A stretch of 64,000 nucleotides of DNA from positions 124,160 through 188,159 of the forward strand of contig VFGW01000020.1 of the NCBI GenBank assembly GCA_009392295.1, written 5' to 3'. Source of the DNA: SAR202 cluster bacterium. GTDB lineage: Bacteria; Chloroflexota; Dehalococcoidia; Lucifugimonadales; GCA-2719675. This document shows positions 37,812-48,555 of the stretch, in pieces (positions within the stretch are counted from its first letter, which is position 1; each line of letters begins with the position of its first letter). The position numbers and the translations under genes were made by a program. The notes beneath the pieces are model-generated. The model saw only the letters and a list, made by a program, of their open reading frames with translations. It did no database searches and had not been told where the DNA came from.

Positions 37812-39065
37812 TTAATCAAACCTTAACGCTTCAATAGGATGTAATTTTGCAGCTCTTGCAGCAGGATAAATACCAAAAAACAATCCAATTGCAGCCGATA
37901 CCGCAAGTGATAAAATTGCAACCTCTAAACTAAAAACCGTTTGAAAACTTTCTTGACCCAAAATAGCTTGACCATTCAAACCATTTGAAACCAAATATCC
38001 TAATACAACACCCAAAAAACCACCTCCAAAACTCAACACTGTAGCTTCAGAAATGAACTGGAATAAAATATCCTTCTTTTTAGCACCCATAGCTTTTCTA
38101 ATTCCAATCTCTTTAGTTCTTTCGGTTACTGAAACAAGCATAATATTCATAATTCCAATACCACCTACAATCAATGATATTCCTGCTATAGCTCCAAGAA
38201 ACACTACAAATGTATTAGTAGTCTCTCTTAATGTCTCAATAGTTTGTTCTTGACTTGTGATATTAAAATCATCTTCATCATCATTACCAATTTGATGTCT
38301 TAATCGCAAAATAGTACTAACTTCATTAATTGCATCATCTAAAACTTCAAGGTCTTTAGTTTGAACATTTATAGTTTCTACATTAATGTTTCCTCCACTT
38401 ACCTTTTGTTTCTGCATTCTAAAAAAAGCAGTAGTTAAAGGTATAAAAGCTCTACCATCATTACTGGTCCAAGCACTACCACCTTGTGATTTTAATACAC
38501 CTATTACATAAAATCGTTTACCATTAACTCTTATATGTTCACCAATTGGATCTTGAAATCCAAATAAATCCTCTGAAACTTGAGAACCTAAAACAATCAC
38601 TTCACTATATGTTTCTATATGAGGTGAAGAAATAAACATTCCAGAATCAATTTCTAGATTTCTAACACTTAAATGTTGTGGCGTCACACCCATAATAGTC
38701 ACATTGGTATTTTTTCTGCCAAAAACTAACTGGGAACGAATTGTAATTTCAGGGGCTACTTCAATCACAGAGGGAGCAAATAATGGATCTTTCAAAGCTT
38801 TCGCATCTTTAAAAGTTAAACTAGATGAACTTCCTGCCTGACCTGTAAATCCCCCAATAGTTGTTGCACCAGCTTTAATGAACAATAAATTTGTACCCAA
38901 TTCTTGAATTCTAGAAGTAATTCTTTCTTGAGTACCTTTACCAATCGCCATCAACGAAATTACAGCTGTAACACCAATAACAATACCCAAAAGGGCTAAA
39001 ATAGATCTTAATTTATTTGCAGATAAAGATATAAATGCGACTTTAATAATTTCTAAATAAATCAT
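37812..39065 (-). CDS. ABC transporter permease, MacB/FtsX type
   Basis: 417 aa. It has the N-terminal TM helix, a large extracytoplasmic domain and a C-terminal FtsX 3-TM bundle (VTERTKEIGIRKAMGA). Confidence 0.9.
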   Translation of the reverse strand: MIYLEIIKVAFISLSANKLRSILALLGIVIGVTAVISLMAIGKGTQERITSRIQELGTNLLFIKAGATTIGGFTGQAGSSSSLTFKDAKALKDPLFAPSVIEVAPEITIRSQLVFGRKNTNVTIMGVTPQHLSVRNLEIDSGMFISSPHIETYSEVIVLGSQVSEDLFGFQDPIGEHIRVNGKRFYVIGVLKSQGGSAWTSNDGRAFIPLTTAFFRMQKQKVSGGNINVETINVQTKDLEVLDDAINEVSTILRLRHQIGNDDEDDFNITSQEQTIETLRETTNTFVVFLGAIAGISLIVGGIGIMNIMLVSVTERTKEIGIRKAMGAKKKDILFQFISEATVLSFGGGFLGVVLGYLVSNGLNGQAILGQESFQTVFSLEVAILSLAVSAAIGLFFGIYPAARAAKLHPIEALRFD

Positions 39066-39092
39066 TGAACCACTTCTAACATTAATTGATTT

Positions 39093-39752
39093 TTAATTGA
39101 CAATTTTTCCATCCCTAATAGAAACAATCCGCTCAGCCTGCTTAGCAACACTTAGATCATGTGTAACTAAAATCACAGTAATTCCAGATTCTTTATTCAA
39201 ATTTTTAATAATATCCATAATTTCTTTACTGGATTTTGAATCCAAATTTCCAGTTGGTTCATCAGCCAATAAAATACTAGGATTTTTTACCAAAGCCCTA
39301 GCAATACCGACCCTTTGCTGTTCACCTCCAGAAAGTTCTGTTGGTTTGTGTGCATATCTATGCGTTAAACCAACTTTCTCTAAAGCAAGCATTGAGCGCT
39401 CTCTTAAGTTTTTCCTATCTCCATAAATCAACGGAAGTTCCACATTAGAAAGTGCCGAAATTCTAGGTAATAAATTATATGTTTGAAATACAAATCCTAC
39501 TTTAGAATTTCTTATGTCAGCTAACTGATTCTCATTCATATCAGCAACGTTATGACCATCTAAAAAATAAGTACCTTCTGTTGGAACATCTAAACAACCT
39601 ATAATATTCATTAATGTAGATTTACCAGAGCCAGATGGACCAACAATAGACACAGTTTCACCAGATTCAAATGAAAGATCAATACCTCTCAAAACCTCTA
39701 CATCTATTACTCCCATCCGATAATTTTTTTTAATATTTTTTAAATCTAACAT
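39093..39752 (-). CDS. ABC transporter ATP-binding protein (MacB/LolD type)
   Basis: 219 aa. It has Walker A GPSGSGKST, the signature LSGGEQQR and Walker B LLADEPT. Confidence 0.92.
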   Translation of the reverse strand: MLDLKNIKKNYRMGVIDVEVLRGIDLSFESGETVSIVGPSGSGKSTLMNIIGCLDVPTEGTYFLDGHNVADMNENQLADIRNSKVGFVFQTYNLLPRISALSNVELPLIYGDRKNLRERSMLALEKVGLTHRYAHKPTELSGGEQQRVGIARALVKNPSILLADEPTGNLDSKSSKEIMDIIKNLNKESGITVILVTHDLSVAKQAERIVSIRDGKIVN

Positions 39753-39775
39753 ACTATAAAAGCCCTATTACATTT

Positions 39776-42217
39776 TTATTTTCCAGTTGGTTTAGGTGGA
39801 GTAGTAGCAGCTCTTCTAAATGTAGATCCTCCTCCTCTAGATCCCCACATTGAATTTGTTGTATTTGCCTCTTTTATTTCCATTGCGATCTGATCACCAT
39901 CAGATAAACCTTTTGTAACAACTGTCCAAAATTCATCACTGATTCCTAGCTCAACTGGAACCTCAATAATCGAACCATTTCTAAGCAATTTAACTGTTGG
40001 TTGCTGTACAGAACCATAAAGAGCTTGTATAGGTACCAATAATGAATCTCTTGATTCTTTAAGAACTATCTCAGCAACAGCACTTAAACCACCACGTAAT
40101 TCAATTCCAGTAACCGAATCTAAACTGATACTAATATCATATGTAACAACACCTTGTTGTGTTGTTGCAACACTCGAAACTTGAGAAATTTTACCATAAA
40201 GCATTTCCCCAGGTAGTGAATCCAGAGTTATAATTGTCTCTCTATCAATTTGCATGAACAAAACATCTACTTCATCAATAGCACCTTCAAAATTTATAGA
40301 AGATGTATCAATAATTTCGATAATTCCAGAATTAATTCCAACTTGTTTACCAAGGTTTTCATTTACAGATGAAATTAATCCATCCCATGGAGCTTTAATT
40401 GTAGATAATGACAAAGCCGTTAAAGCTTCATTTAGTAATGCTTCTTTTGCTTTGACTTCAGCTTCTTTCAATTCAATCTGAGACTGATCCACTTCATTTA
40501 AAGCTGCTAAAGATTCAATAGAATCCGCGAGCTGAGATTTTGCTAAATTAATTTGAGCTAAAGTTACAGAACCAACCTTATCTGTAGTGTTCGACAAACC
40601 ATCTAATGTTTTTTGGTCCTCTTTCAAATTAACTTGAATTATTGACAATGCATGTATTAAATTTGTTTTTTCGGTTTCAGAGTCAATATTTTTCAATTTC
40701 TCCAGTTCATTTGAAGCAACAACTAACATAGCCTTATAATTCTGCCAAACGTTACGCAACTTAAGTATCTGATTTGCATCAGGTGGACTTTTTAAATCTT
40801 TCAAATTATCATAAGCAGTAGACAAATCTGAGTTTAATGAATCAACATTTTCTTTGGCATCTTCTATAGCTTCTAAAGAATTATTGTAATTGACTCGAGC
40901 AGTTTCAATTGCCTTATTCGCATTTAAAATAGCGTCCTGTTTATCAAAAGATTTACCTTCAAAATCAGATTGTGCAGCTGACAAATTATCCCAAGCTAAA
41001 TCCATTTCATTCTTTATACAAAATTTCCCATTAGTATTAGATGTTGAACTAGAAGTAGAATCACAAGAAGCTTCTACAGACCCTGGATAAAATTTTAACC
41101 AGTTGTAGACTATTAATTCATTAAAAACTGTTTCATTCTTGTCAGAAACAGCTCCACCTTTACCAATTAGCTTTAACTCTGATTCATGATTACGCCAATC
41201 ATAAACCTCATCTAAGTTAATTCCCCATTGACTCAGTAGATTTTCGGGATTAGATTTGTAATCAACTTCACTGATACCCAACCACTTCAAAAATACATTT
41301 TTATATTCAACTTCCTTTTCAGTAAGAGTTTCTTTAGCAGAATCCAAATTATTCACCCACAATTTTTCAATATTAACTAAATCTCTTTTTTTATAATCTA
41401 ATTCCGTCTTTTTTAAATCTTTATTTACTATCGCATCTGAAAGATCGCTTCTAGCACGAGTAAGATTTTTGGATATAGTATTTATTTCAGTCTCGGTATC
41501 TTCAATTTCTTCTATAGGCCCTCTAGAATATTCAAGCCATTCTTGATAAGAAGTATCTATTAAAACTTTTAAATTCGTTACTTGCATCTCAGCATCAAAT
41601 AAATCAGATTCGAAATTGATTTCATAATCTTTTATATTTTGCTGAGCAACAGACAATTGAATAATGGAATTGGTAACAGCTTGTTGAGCTTGAACAAATT
41701 CCAAATCAGCTTGCGCTAAAATCAACCGTAAAGATTCTCTAGCATTCTCAATATTCAATTTAGCAGAATCTAAATCTATTTGTGAATTTGGTTCCTTTGC
41801 TAAATCTAATGCATCTTTTGCATCGTTAAGATCTACCTGTTTTTGAGCTACTTCTTTTTGTAATTGTGCAATATCTGAATCACTTAAAACAGCTAAAATT
41901 TGACCTTTAGTAACTCTATCTCCTGGCTCCACTAATATTTCTGATAATACTCCATTACTTCCAAAATTCAGATTCTCTTTGTTGGGGTAAGTTAAACTAC
42001 CATTAATAGATATAGAATTTACCAGATCACCACGCTTCACTGGAATTATTTGAATATTTTCTTGATCAGAAGCAGAATCATTATTGAAAATCTGCTGATA
42101 CCCAAAATAAAAAATTACTGCTATTAAAATTGAAGACAACAAAAAAGCTGATAAAATTTTTAAGTTCAAATCTGGGAAAAGTTTATTGAGAATAGACAAT
42201 TTCATTTTAGGCCTCAT
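39776..42217 (-). CDS. HlyD/MacA-family periplasmic adaptor, unusually long (813 aa)
   Basis: It has an N-terminal TM helix. The lipoyl half-motifs (VKRGDL...GVLSEILVEPGDRVTKGQILAVL and IKAPWDGLISSV) are separated by about 490 residues of heptad-like, D/E/K/Q/L-rich sequence. The C-terminus has a beta-barrel and a membrane-proximal domain. The tail ends in WGSRGGGSTFRR. Confidence 0.8.
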   Translation of the reverse strand: MRPKMKLSILNKLFPDLNLKILSAFLLSSILIAVIFYFGYQQIFNNDSASDQENIQIIPVKRGDLVNSISINGSLTYPNKENLNFGSNGVLSEILVEPGDRVTKGQILAVLSDSDIAQLQKEVAQKQVDLNDAKDALDLAKEPNSQIDLDSAKLNIENARESLRLILAQADLEFVQAQQAVTNSIIQLSVAQQNIKDYEINFESDLFDAEMQVTNLKVLIDTSYQEWLEYSRGPIEEIEDTETEINTISKNLTRARSDLSDAIVNKDLKKTELDYKKRDLVNIEKLWVNNLDSAKETLTEKEVEYKNVFLKWLGISEVDYKSNPENLLSQWGINLDEVYDWRNHESELKLIGKGGAVSDKNETVFNELIVYNWLKFYPGSVEASCDSTSSSTSNTNGKFCIKNEMDLAWDNLSAAQSDFEGKSFDKQDAILNANKAIETARVNYNNSLEAIEDAKENVDSLNSDLSTAYDNLKDLKSPPDANQILKLRNVWQNYKAMLVVASNELEKLKNIDSETEKTNLIHALSIIQVNLKEDQKTLDGLSNTTDKVGSVTLAQINLAKSQLADSIESLAALNEVDQSQIELKEAEVKAKEALLNEALTALSLSTIKAPWDGLISSVNENLGKQVGINSGIIEIIDTSSINFEGAIDEVDVLFMQIDRETIITLDSLPGEMLYGKISQVSSVATTQQGVVTYDISISLDSVTGIELRGGLSAVAEIVLKESRDSLLVPIQALYGSVQQPTVKLLRNGSIIEVPVELGISDEFWTVVTKGLSDGDQIAMEIKEANTTNSMWGSRGGGSTFRRAATTPPKPTGK

Positions 42218-42284
42218 TACTAATTTTAAAATTCAAATTTAATAGTGCATGATTAATAAGTTAAACGGATTCTTTAATAATTGG

Positions 42285-42719
42285 TTATAATTTCATTTCA
42301 ATAAGCTCAATCCAATTTCCATCAATATCTTGTAAATAGCAAACTTTTTTACCAGGTATCACTTCTACAGGAGGATTTAATTCTTTAGCACCATATTTTT
42401 TGATCGAATCAAAAACTTGATCTATATTTTCTACATTAAATCCTATGTGAGAGCCACCTACCACACTGCGATGTTGAGTAGGCCTATCAATTGACTCAGG
42501 AGAAAAATAATAAATTAATTCAAGTGTTCCACCAGATTGAAATTCCATCAAAGCAAATTCTAAATGTGCATCAGAATATCCAACAACTTTTTCAATAGGT
42601 CCTCTATTCCTGATTTGTCTTTGGGTAAGACGTAAACCTAAAGCATTTTGATAGAAAAATATTGCTCTATCCAAATCAGACACAACCAATCCAACATGAT
42701 TAAATCCTTTAATTACCAA
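42285..42719 (-). CDS. VOC (glyoxalase/bleomycin-resistance/dioxygenase) family protein
   Basis: 144 aa. It has GFNHVGLVVSDLDRAIFFYQNALGL, HIGF and DGNWIEL. Confidence 0.83.
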   Translation of the reverse strand: MVIKGFNHVGLVVSDLDRAIFFYQNALGLRLTQRQIRNRGPIEKVVGYSDAHLEFALMEFQSGGTLELIYYFSPESIDRPTQHRSVVGGSHIGFNVENIDQVFDSIKKYGAKELNPPVEVIPGKKVCYLQDIDGNWIELIEMKL

Positions 42720-43004
42720 AATTAATCCTCCTACAAATTTTCAATAAGCAACACAACCGTACATCTATAACAAATAACAAGCAATATCTAAATGTAATTA
42801 ATTAATGTTCCATTTTATTTCTACTTATTATATTTAATAATTTAAATAGCATTAATTTACTCAAAGAAGATTATATAATTTAAAAAAAAGTAAAAGTTCT
42901 AGGAAAATATGTCTTTATAGACCAATTTTAGGAATATTAGATTAAATTTGTTGATAATATAATTTAAAAATTTAATACCTTAAAATTTGTTTGAAACTTC
43001 AATA

Positions 43005-44573
43005 ATGCTAGATTTACTTATACAAAACGGACTTATTATAGATGGTTCTGGAAATCCAGGTTATTTTGGTAGTGTATCTGTAAAAAATAATACTATAGAG
43101 ATAATCCGTGGAAGCGACAATGGTTTAGAAGCAAAAACAATTATTGATGCTACTAATCAAGTAGTATGCCCAGGTTTTGTTGATCTTCATTCTCATGCAC
43201 CCCTCACAATATTGGGCGAACCTCATCACGACCCAAAAATCCGTCAAGGAGTTACAACAGAACTTGTAGGAATAGATGGAATTTCACACGCTCCATTCAA
43301 ATCCAAAGATGATTTACAAAGATATATTTGGTTAGATTCTGGGTTGAACGGCTATCCTCCTAAAGAAGCTTCATGGCTTACTGTACCCGAATTACTCAAT
43401 AATTATCATAAAAAAGTTTCTATAAATATTGCATATATATTAGGAAATGCTCCATTAAGAATTTGGTCTGTTGGCTGGAAAAACGAACCAGCTTCCAAAA
43501 AACAAATCCTTGATATGAAATCTGTAATGAGAGAATCTATGGAAGAAGGTGCCTGGGGATTATCTACAGGACTAGATTATGCTCCAGGTTCATTTGCTAG
43601 TACAGACGAATTAATAGAAATTTCAAAGGTAGTTGCAAATATGGGAGGATTCTACCATACTCATACGAGGTCTACTTTAAAATCAAATGGCTTTTTAGCC
43701 CCCTACGAAGAAGCTATTGAAATAGGTAGACAAAGCAGTTGTCCCATTCACTTAACCCACTACAGACAAAACCAACAGGGCGTAGGAAGCCATTTAGAAT
43801 ATTTAGGGTTAGTAGAAAAATCAAGAGCAGAAGGATTAGATGTAACTTTTGATTGTTACACTTATCCTTACTTCGGTACCAGCATGGCAATAAATTTTCC
43901 TGACTGGACAAAAGATGGCGGCCCGGAAAGGCTAATGCATGCATTAAAAAATAAAGATGACCAAGTTAAATTAAAATCAGAATTAGATCGAGAAGCTATT
44001 GAAAACTGTTGGTTAACCAATTTTAATAAGCCAAAAAACAAGATATATGAAGGAAAAACCATCTTAGAAATTTCAGAACTTAGAAGCCAGGAAATGTTTG
44101 ATACATTATTTGAAATTATGCATGAAGAAAACCTTGGAATAGGAATTGTAGGCGTAGGAACAAACTCTAACACATTGCCTGCATTCGTATCTCATCCTTA
44201 TGGAATGATTGCAAGTGACGCAATATTATTTGGAGAATTCCAAAATCCACGTACATATGGATGTTTCCCTATAGTATTAGCAGAATTTGTAAGATCTGAA
44301 AAACATCTTAAACTTCCTGAAGCAATTAGAAAAATGACTTCTTTCCCAGCTCAAAGATTAGGATTAACAAAAAGAGGAGAAATAAAAAATGGATATAAAG
44401 CTGATATAGTTATTTTTGATCCCAAAACTGTTAAAACTCATGCATCAATCAAAAACCCTAAACAATATCCTATAGGTATCAATTATGTAATAGTTAACGG
44501 AGATATTGTTATAAATCACGGGGAAAATACAGGAAAATTATCAGGCGAAGCTTTATTTAAAGGAAAATCATAA
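43005..44573 (+). CDS. N-acyl-D-amino-acid deacylase (D-aminoacylase) family amidohydrolase
   Basis: The start is taken at MLDLLIQNGLIIDGSGNPG (ATG 43005; the track uses TTG 42987). It has PGFVDLHSH, GLSTGLDY and ADIVIFDP. Confidence 0.8.
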   Translation: MLDLLIQNGLIIDGSGNPGYFGSVSVKNNTIEIIRGSDNGLEAKTIIDATNQVVCPGFVDLHSHAPLTILGEPHHDPKIRQGVTTELVGIDGISHAPFKSKDDLQRYIWLDSGLNGYPPKEASWLTVPELLNNYHKKVSINIAYILGNAPLRIWSVGWKNEPASKKQILDMKSVMRESMEEGAWGLSTGLDYAPGSFASTDELIEISKVVANMGGFYHTHTRSTLKSNGFLAPYEEAIEIGRQSSCPIHLTHYRQNQQGVGSHLEYLGLVEKSRAEGLDVTFDCYTYPYFGTSMAINFPDWTKDGGPERLMHALKNKDDQVKLKSELDREAIENCWLTNFNKPKNKIYEGKTILEISELRSQEMFDTLFEIMHEENLGIGIVGVGTNSNTLPAFVSHPYGMIASDAILFGEFQNPRTYGCFPIVLAEFVRSEKHLKLPEAIRKMTSFPAQRLGLTKRGEIKNGYKADIVIFDPKTVKTHASIKNPKQYPIGINYVIVNGDIVINHGENTGKLSGEALFKGKS

Positions 44574-44603
44574 ATTTTGAAAAATTATTCAAACATTTGT
44601 CAA

Positions 44604-45365
44604 ATGATTGACACTCCAATAATTGATTTTCATGCCCATGGTGGTCTTTGGGGTAGACACGGTGTTATAGATAATCCACAATTATTTATTAAACTCATGG
44701 ATTCTACTGGTATAGATAAAGCTTGCATTAACTCTATATATTTTGGAAATTCACGTTGGGCAAATAATTTGGTTTATAATAGGTTCGTTAAAACATTCCC
44801 AAATAGGTTTATAGGAGTTGCTTTTGTAACCCCTCACTATCCTGAAGAAACTGTTAAAGAACTAGATCATGCATTTAATAATTTAGAATTTAAATTCTTA
44901 AAATTATATCCAGCTTACTTTGGAAAACCTAGTGATCATCCAGAATATACTCACATATATGAATGGGCAAATGAAAAACAAATTCCAATCATGTGCCACG
45001 CAACGGATCCAGCAGATCCTCCAAATATAAAAATATTAGATCGATATGAAAAATTTACAACAAATTATCCAAATATAAAATGGGTGATTGCACATGGTGC
45101 AGAAATGCCCGATATAAACACAATAACAGTTGCAAAAGAATTACCAAATGTATGGCTGGAAACTTGTGGATCTCCGACACCATTACACGGAATTTCTTTT
45201 GCTGTTAATCATGGACTTGCTGATCGAATATTATTTGGCTCAGATATGCCTCTAATGGATCATCGTCACCAAATAGCTAGAATAATTACAATAGATATCT
45301 CTGATGAAGATAAAAAGAAAATTTTAGGATTAAATGCAATAAAACTTCTTAATCTTGAAATATGA
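44604..45365 (+). CDS. Metal-dependent amidohydrolase (amidohydrolase-2 / PF04909-like), paralogue of 4003-4803
   Basis: The start is taken at MIDTPIIDFHAHGG (ATG 44604), which matches the paralogue's N-terminus. The track uses TTG 44577. Roughly half of the residues are identical to the 4003-4803 product by eye. Confidence 0.75.
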   Translation: MIDTPIIDFHAHGGLWGRHGVIDNPQLFIKLMDSTGIDKACINSIYFGNSRWANNLVYNRFVKTFPNRFIGVAFVTPHYPEETVKELDHAFNNLEFKFLKLYPAYFGKPSDHPEYTHIYEWANEKQIPIMCHATDPADPPNIKILDRYEKFTTNYPNIKWVIAHGAEMPDINTITVAKELPNVWLETCGSPTPLHGISFAVNHGLADRILFGSDMPLMDHRHQIARIITIDISDEDKKKILGLNAIKLLNLEI

Positions 45366-45423
45366 TTTAAATTTCGAATATAATCCATATCACTTAATAC
45401 CAGTTATCAGATAGGACTTCTAT

Positions 45424-47364
45424 ATGACTAACCAAAATCAAATTTTGGTACCTATACCAAAAAAACACATCACAAAAAAAACTTTTTTCGAACCAAATAA
45501 TAATACTTTAATTTTTTACTCAAAAACTCAAAACATTGACTCAACTGTACTTAATAAACTTAAAATTATTTTATCCAAATTAGTTACTAACACACAAATA
45601 ACTTCTGTTAATAAAAAATCTCAAATTCTATTATCTATCGAATTAAATAAATCACTTATTCAACACCCACAAGGCTATAAATTAAATATCACAAAAAATC
45701 AAATCCAAATAATAGCTCATGATAATGAAGGTGCATGGCATGCCTCAACAACATTGCAACAAATTATCCAAAATCATTCTTTAGGAGTCAAAATTCCTTG
45801 TTCTTATATAGAAGATTGGCCTGATTATCCTAATAGGGGAGTGATGTTAGATATAAGTAGAGATAAAGTTCCTAATCTTCAAACATTAAAAGATTTAGTC
45901 TCTATTTTGTCAGAATGGAAAATTAATCAATTCCAATTATATTCAGAGCATACTTTTGCATATAAAGAACATAAAAAAGTTTGGCAGAATTCTTCACCAA
46001 TTACAGCTTCAGAAATCAAAGAGCTAGATAAATTTTGCAAACAACATTTTATTGAATTAGTACCAAATCAAAATTCATTTGGCCACTTCGATAGATGGTT
46101 ACCTCATTATCCAGAAATTGCTGAAAACCCTAAAAGTTCAAGACCAACTGCATTAAATCCATCAAGCAAAAAATCAATAACTTTTCTGTCTAAGCTGTTT
46201 AATGAATTGTTACCCAATTTTTCCAGTAATCAAATAAATATAGGATTAGATGAAGTAGTTTTAGGGCACGGGAAATCAAAAAAAGACTGTGACTCTACTG
46301 GAACAGGACAAGTATTTATGGATTTTTTCAAAAAAATTCATACTCTTCTAGAAAAAAAGAATAAGACTGTTCAATTTTGGTCAGACATGATCACACGCCA
46401 TCACCCTGAAATGCTATCACAAATCCCTAAAAATGCTATCGCACTAGAATGGGGATATAGCCCTGGATACCCTTTTGAAGAATACTGTAAAAAATTATTT
46501 GAAAACAATATTTCATTTTATGTTTGTCCAGGTAACCAATCTTGGAATAGTATAGCTGGCAGAATAGATCATGCTAAAGAAAATATCAAAATTGCAACTG
46601 AAGTAGGGCTTAAATACAATGCTATAGGTATACTTAATACCGACTGGGGAGATAACGGGCATTGGCAACATTTTCCAATAAGTTATCCTGGATTAATGTA
46701 TGGCGCTGCAATTTCTTGGGATTATTCAAAAAATGTTGATATTGATCTTGTTACATCATTAAACATACACGGTTATAAAGATAAATCTATGAAAGCTGGG
46801 AAAATTATTTCAGAACTAGGAAATTTATACAAATTAACTACTGATGATACAACCAATACATCTTCATTTAGGAATAATTCATTACTACATAGTCTGATAT
46901 TAAGATCACCTAGACAAGAAAATCAACTGGAAAATTTAAATCAATCCAAATTAGAAAAAACATTAGAAAAAATTAATTCAATTGCTAAAGATATTGACAA
47001 AATTCAATTACTAGAAGGTAATTCCAAATTAATTATCCGTGAATTAAAAAATACAATTGCAATGCTAACTATAGCTTGTAATATTGGAATAGAAAAATCA
47101 AAAATAAATCACAAAAATATCAAAACAACCCAAAACCAATCTTGGCCTCAATTTGTATTTACACACACAGAGCCTTTGTCTGACATAGTTGTTTCTGAAA
47201 TCAAAAAAATACCTCCAGAAAAACGCAATAATATTTACAAAAGTTTAGTTGATTTTATTAAAGAATATGAAAAGATTTGGTTAGAAAGAAACCGTATTGG
47301 TGGACTTAAAGAGAGCAAAAACAGATGGATCACATTAATTAACGAATATATGCCAAAGGAGTAA
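45424..47364 (+). CDS. Glycoside hydrolase family 20-like protein (beta-N-acetylhexosaminidase-like), no signal peptide
   Basis: 646 aa. It has IEDWPDYPNRGVMLDISRDKVP, NSFGH, and IGLDEV (a D-E pair in the position of the GH20 catalytic motif). The long C-terminal region is helical and K/N-rich. Confidence 0.6.
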   Translation: MTNQNQILVPIPKKHITKKTFFEPNNNTLIFYSKTQNIDSTVLNKLKIILSKLVTNTQITSVNKKSQILLSIELNKSLIQHPQGYKLNITKNQIQIIAHDNEGAWHASTTLQQIIQNHSLGVKIPCSYIEDWPDYPNRGVMLDISRDKVPNLQTLKDLVSILSEWKINQFQLYSEHTFAYKEHKKVWQNSSPITASEIKELDKFCKQHFIELVPNQNSFGHFDRWLPHYPEIAENPKSSRPTALNPSSKKSITFLSKLFNELLPNFSSNQINIGLDEVVLGHGKSKKDCDSTGTGQVFMDFFKKIHTLLEKKNKTVQFWSDMITRHHPEMLSQIPKNAIALEWGYSPGYPFEEYCKKLFENNISFYVCPGNQSWNSIAGRIDHAKENIKIATEVGLKYNAIGILNTDWGDNGHWQHFPISYPGLMYGAAISWDYSKNVDIDLVTSLNIHGYKDKSMKAGKIISELGNLYKLTTDDTTNTSSFRNNSLLHSLILRSPRQENQLENLNQSKLEKTLEKINSIAKDIDKIQLLEGNSKLIIRELKNTIAMLTIACNIGIEKSKINHKNIKTTQNQSWPQFVFTHTEPLSDIVVSEIKKIPPEKRNNIYKSLVDFIKEYEKIWLERNRIGGLKESKNRWITLINEYMPKE

Positions 47365-47402
47365 ATTCCATCTATAATTCTAACCCCAAATCAAAAAATA
47401 TA

Positions 47403-48551
47403 ATGAGTGTTTCATGGGGAGACCATCTGGTTTTTGGCGAAGGCAAAGGTAAACTTCAAACACCAGAAAGCCTAGACCAATCTTTTGCAAAATGGAAAAA
47501 AAAACTAAACATAGAAACCATTTTATGGAGAGAAAATAGGTCTCGACAAGACGATTATGTTTTTACTGCTAAAGGCTATGAATATGCTGAGAAAATTCAT
47601 AAAAATATACCTGACTTCGATGATTTTGAAATTTCAACCTCTATAGCACATCAGCATGGTTTAAAAAATTATGTATATGTAACATTAAACGATCATGGAT
47701 GGCCACTACCTGATGAAAACATTAGAAAGTTTTCATACCATAATAAATGGCATGCAAAAGATATTAGTTTCCAAACAAAATTCAGTCATGAAAATCCAAA
47801 ATACGTTTTAGAAGACAGATTTGGAAATAAACAATGGGGTGTCCTTTGTCTAGCATATCCTGAAGTAAGAGAACATTTACAAAGCCAATATCTCAAACTA
47901 ATAAATGGTTATGATTTCGATGGAATTTTTTTATGCTTGAGATCGCAGTCAAAGCCTCCCGACTTTGCTGATCAATTCGGTTTCAATGAGCCAATTGTTA
48001 AAGAATTCCAAAATAAATTTGGGAAAAATATTTTAAAAGATGATTTTGATTTGCAATTATGGAGAGATCTTCAAGGAGAACATTTAACACTTTTTTTATC
48101 CGAGTTAAACAACAAACTTAAAAAAAATCATAGATCACTAGGTATAGGATGTAGTCGAGGCGAAGTGCTTGGTCCTCCATTAAACAACACCACACTAAAC
48201 TGGAGAAAATGGGTCGATAAACAATTAGTAGATTTTATAGCAATTGATCAAAATTCATCAAAATGTCCTTCATTATGGATAGATTTATGGCCTATGCATA
48301 GAGGATACGGATATCTACAAAATTACAATGATAAATTTAAAATGGAATCCCTTTCTGAAGACTTAGAAAAAATCTATTCTAAAAAATTCCCGAATAATAC
48401 ATCTAAACTATATATCAGTAGACAATGGGCAAATACAACTTCAAAAGATCAAGAAGAAATTCTACAATATTCTTGTGTGTCTGGGCTTGTTTTCAGTTCA
48501 TTTAGATATGAAAATCAATCCGCAATCAAAAAAAATAACTGGAGTATTTAA
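47403..48551 (+). CDS. Hypothetical protein, possibly a glycoside-hydrolase-like TIM barrel (GHL10/DUF187-like)
   Basis: 382 aa. CLAYPEVREHL....L...YDFDGIFLC resembles the P.V......V..Y.vDGi motif of GH-like family 10 proteins. This is a weak, motif-level call. Confidence 0.4.
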   Translation: MSVSWGDHLVFGEGKGKLQTPESLDQSFAKWKKKLNIETILWRENRSRQDDYVFTAKGYEYAEKIHKNIPDFDDFEISTSIAHQHGLKNYVYVTLNDHGWPLPDENIRKFSYHNKWHAKDISFQTKFSHENPKYVLEDRFGNKQWGVLCLAYPEVREHLQSQYLKLINGYDFDGIFLCLRSQSKPPDFADQFGFNEPIVKEFQNKFGKNILKDDFDLQLWRDLQGEHLTLFLSELNNKLKKNHRSLGIGCSRGEVLGPPLNNTTLNWRKWVDKQLVDFIAIDQNSSKCPSLWIDLWPMHRGYGYLQNYNDKFKMESLSEDLEKIYSKKFPNNTSKLYISRQWANTTSKDQEEILQYSCVSGLVFSSFRYENQSAIKKNNWSI

Positions 48552-48555
48552 AAAT

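Noticed and set aside
36844-42217. Considered whether the HlyD/ABC/FtsX operon is a bacteriocin or lantibiotic export-immunity locus
   Set aside because: I found no precursor-peptide ORF, C39 peptidase domain, modification enzyme or two-component regulator. The ATPase/permease pair is of the MacB/FtsX type rather than the bacteriocin exporter type.
48475-48555. Upstream extension of the flavoprotein gene overlapping the preceding gene by 77 nt
   Set aside because: The ATG at 48556 places the GGGMAG dinucleotide-binding motif at the usual distance from the N-terminus and removes the long overlap.
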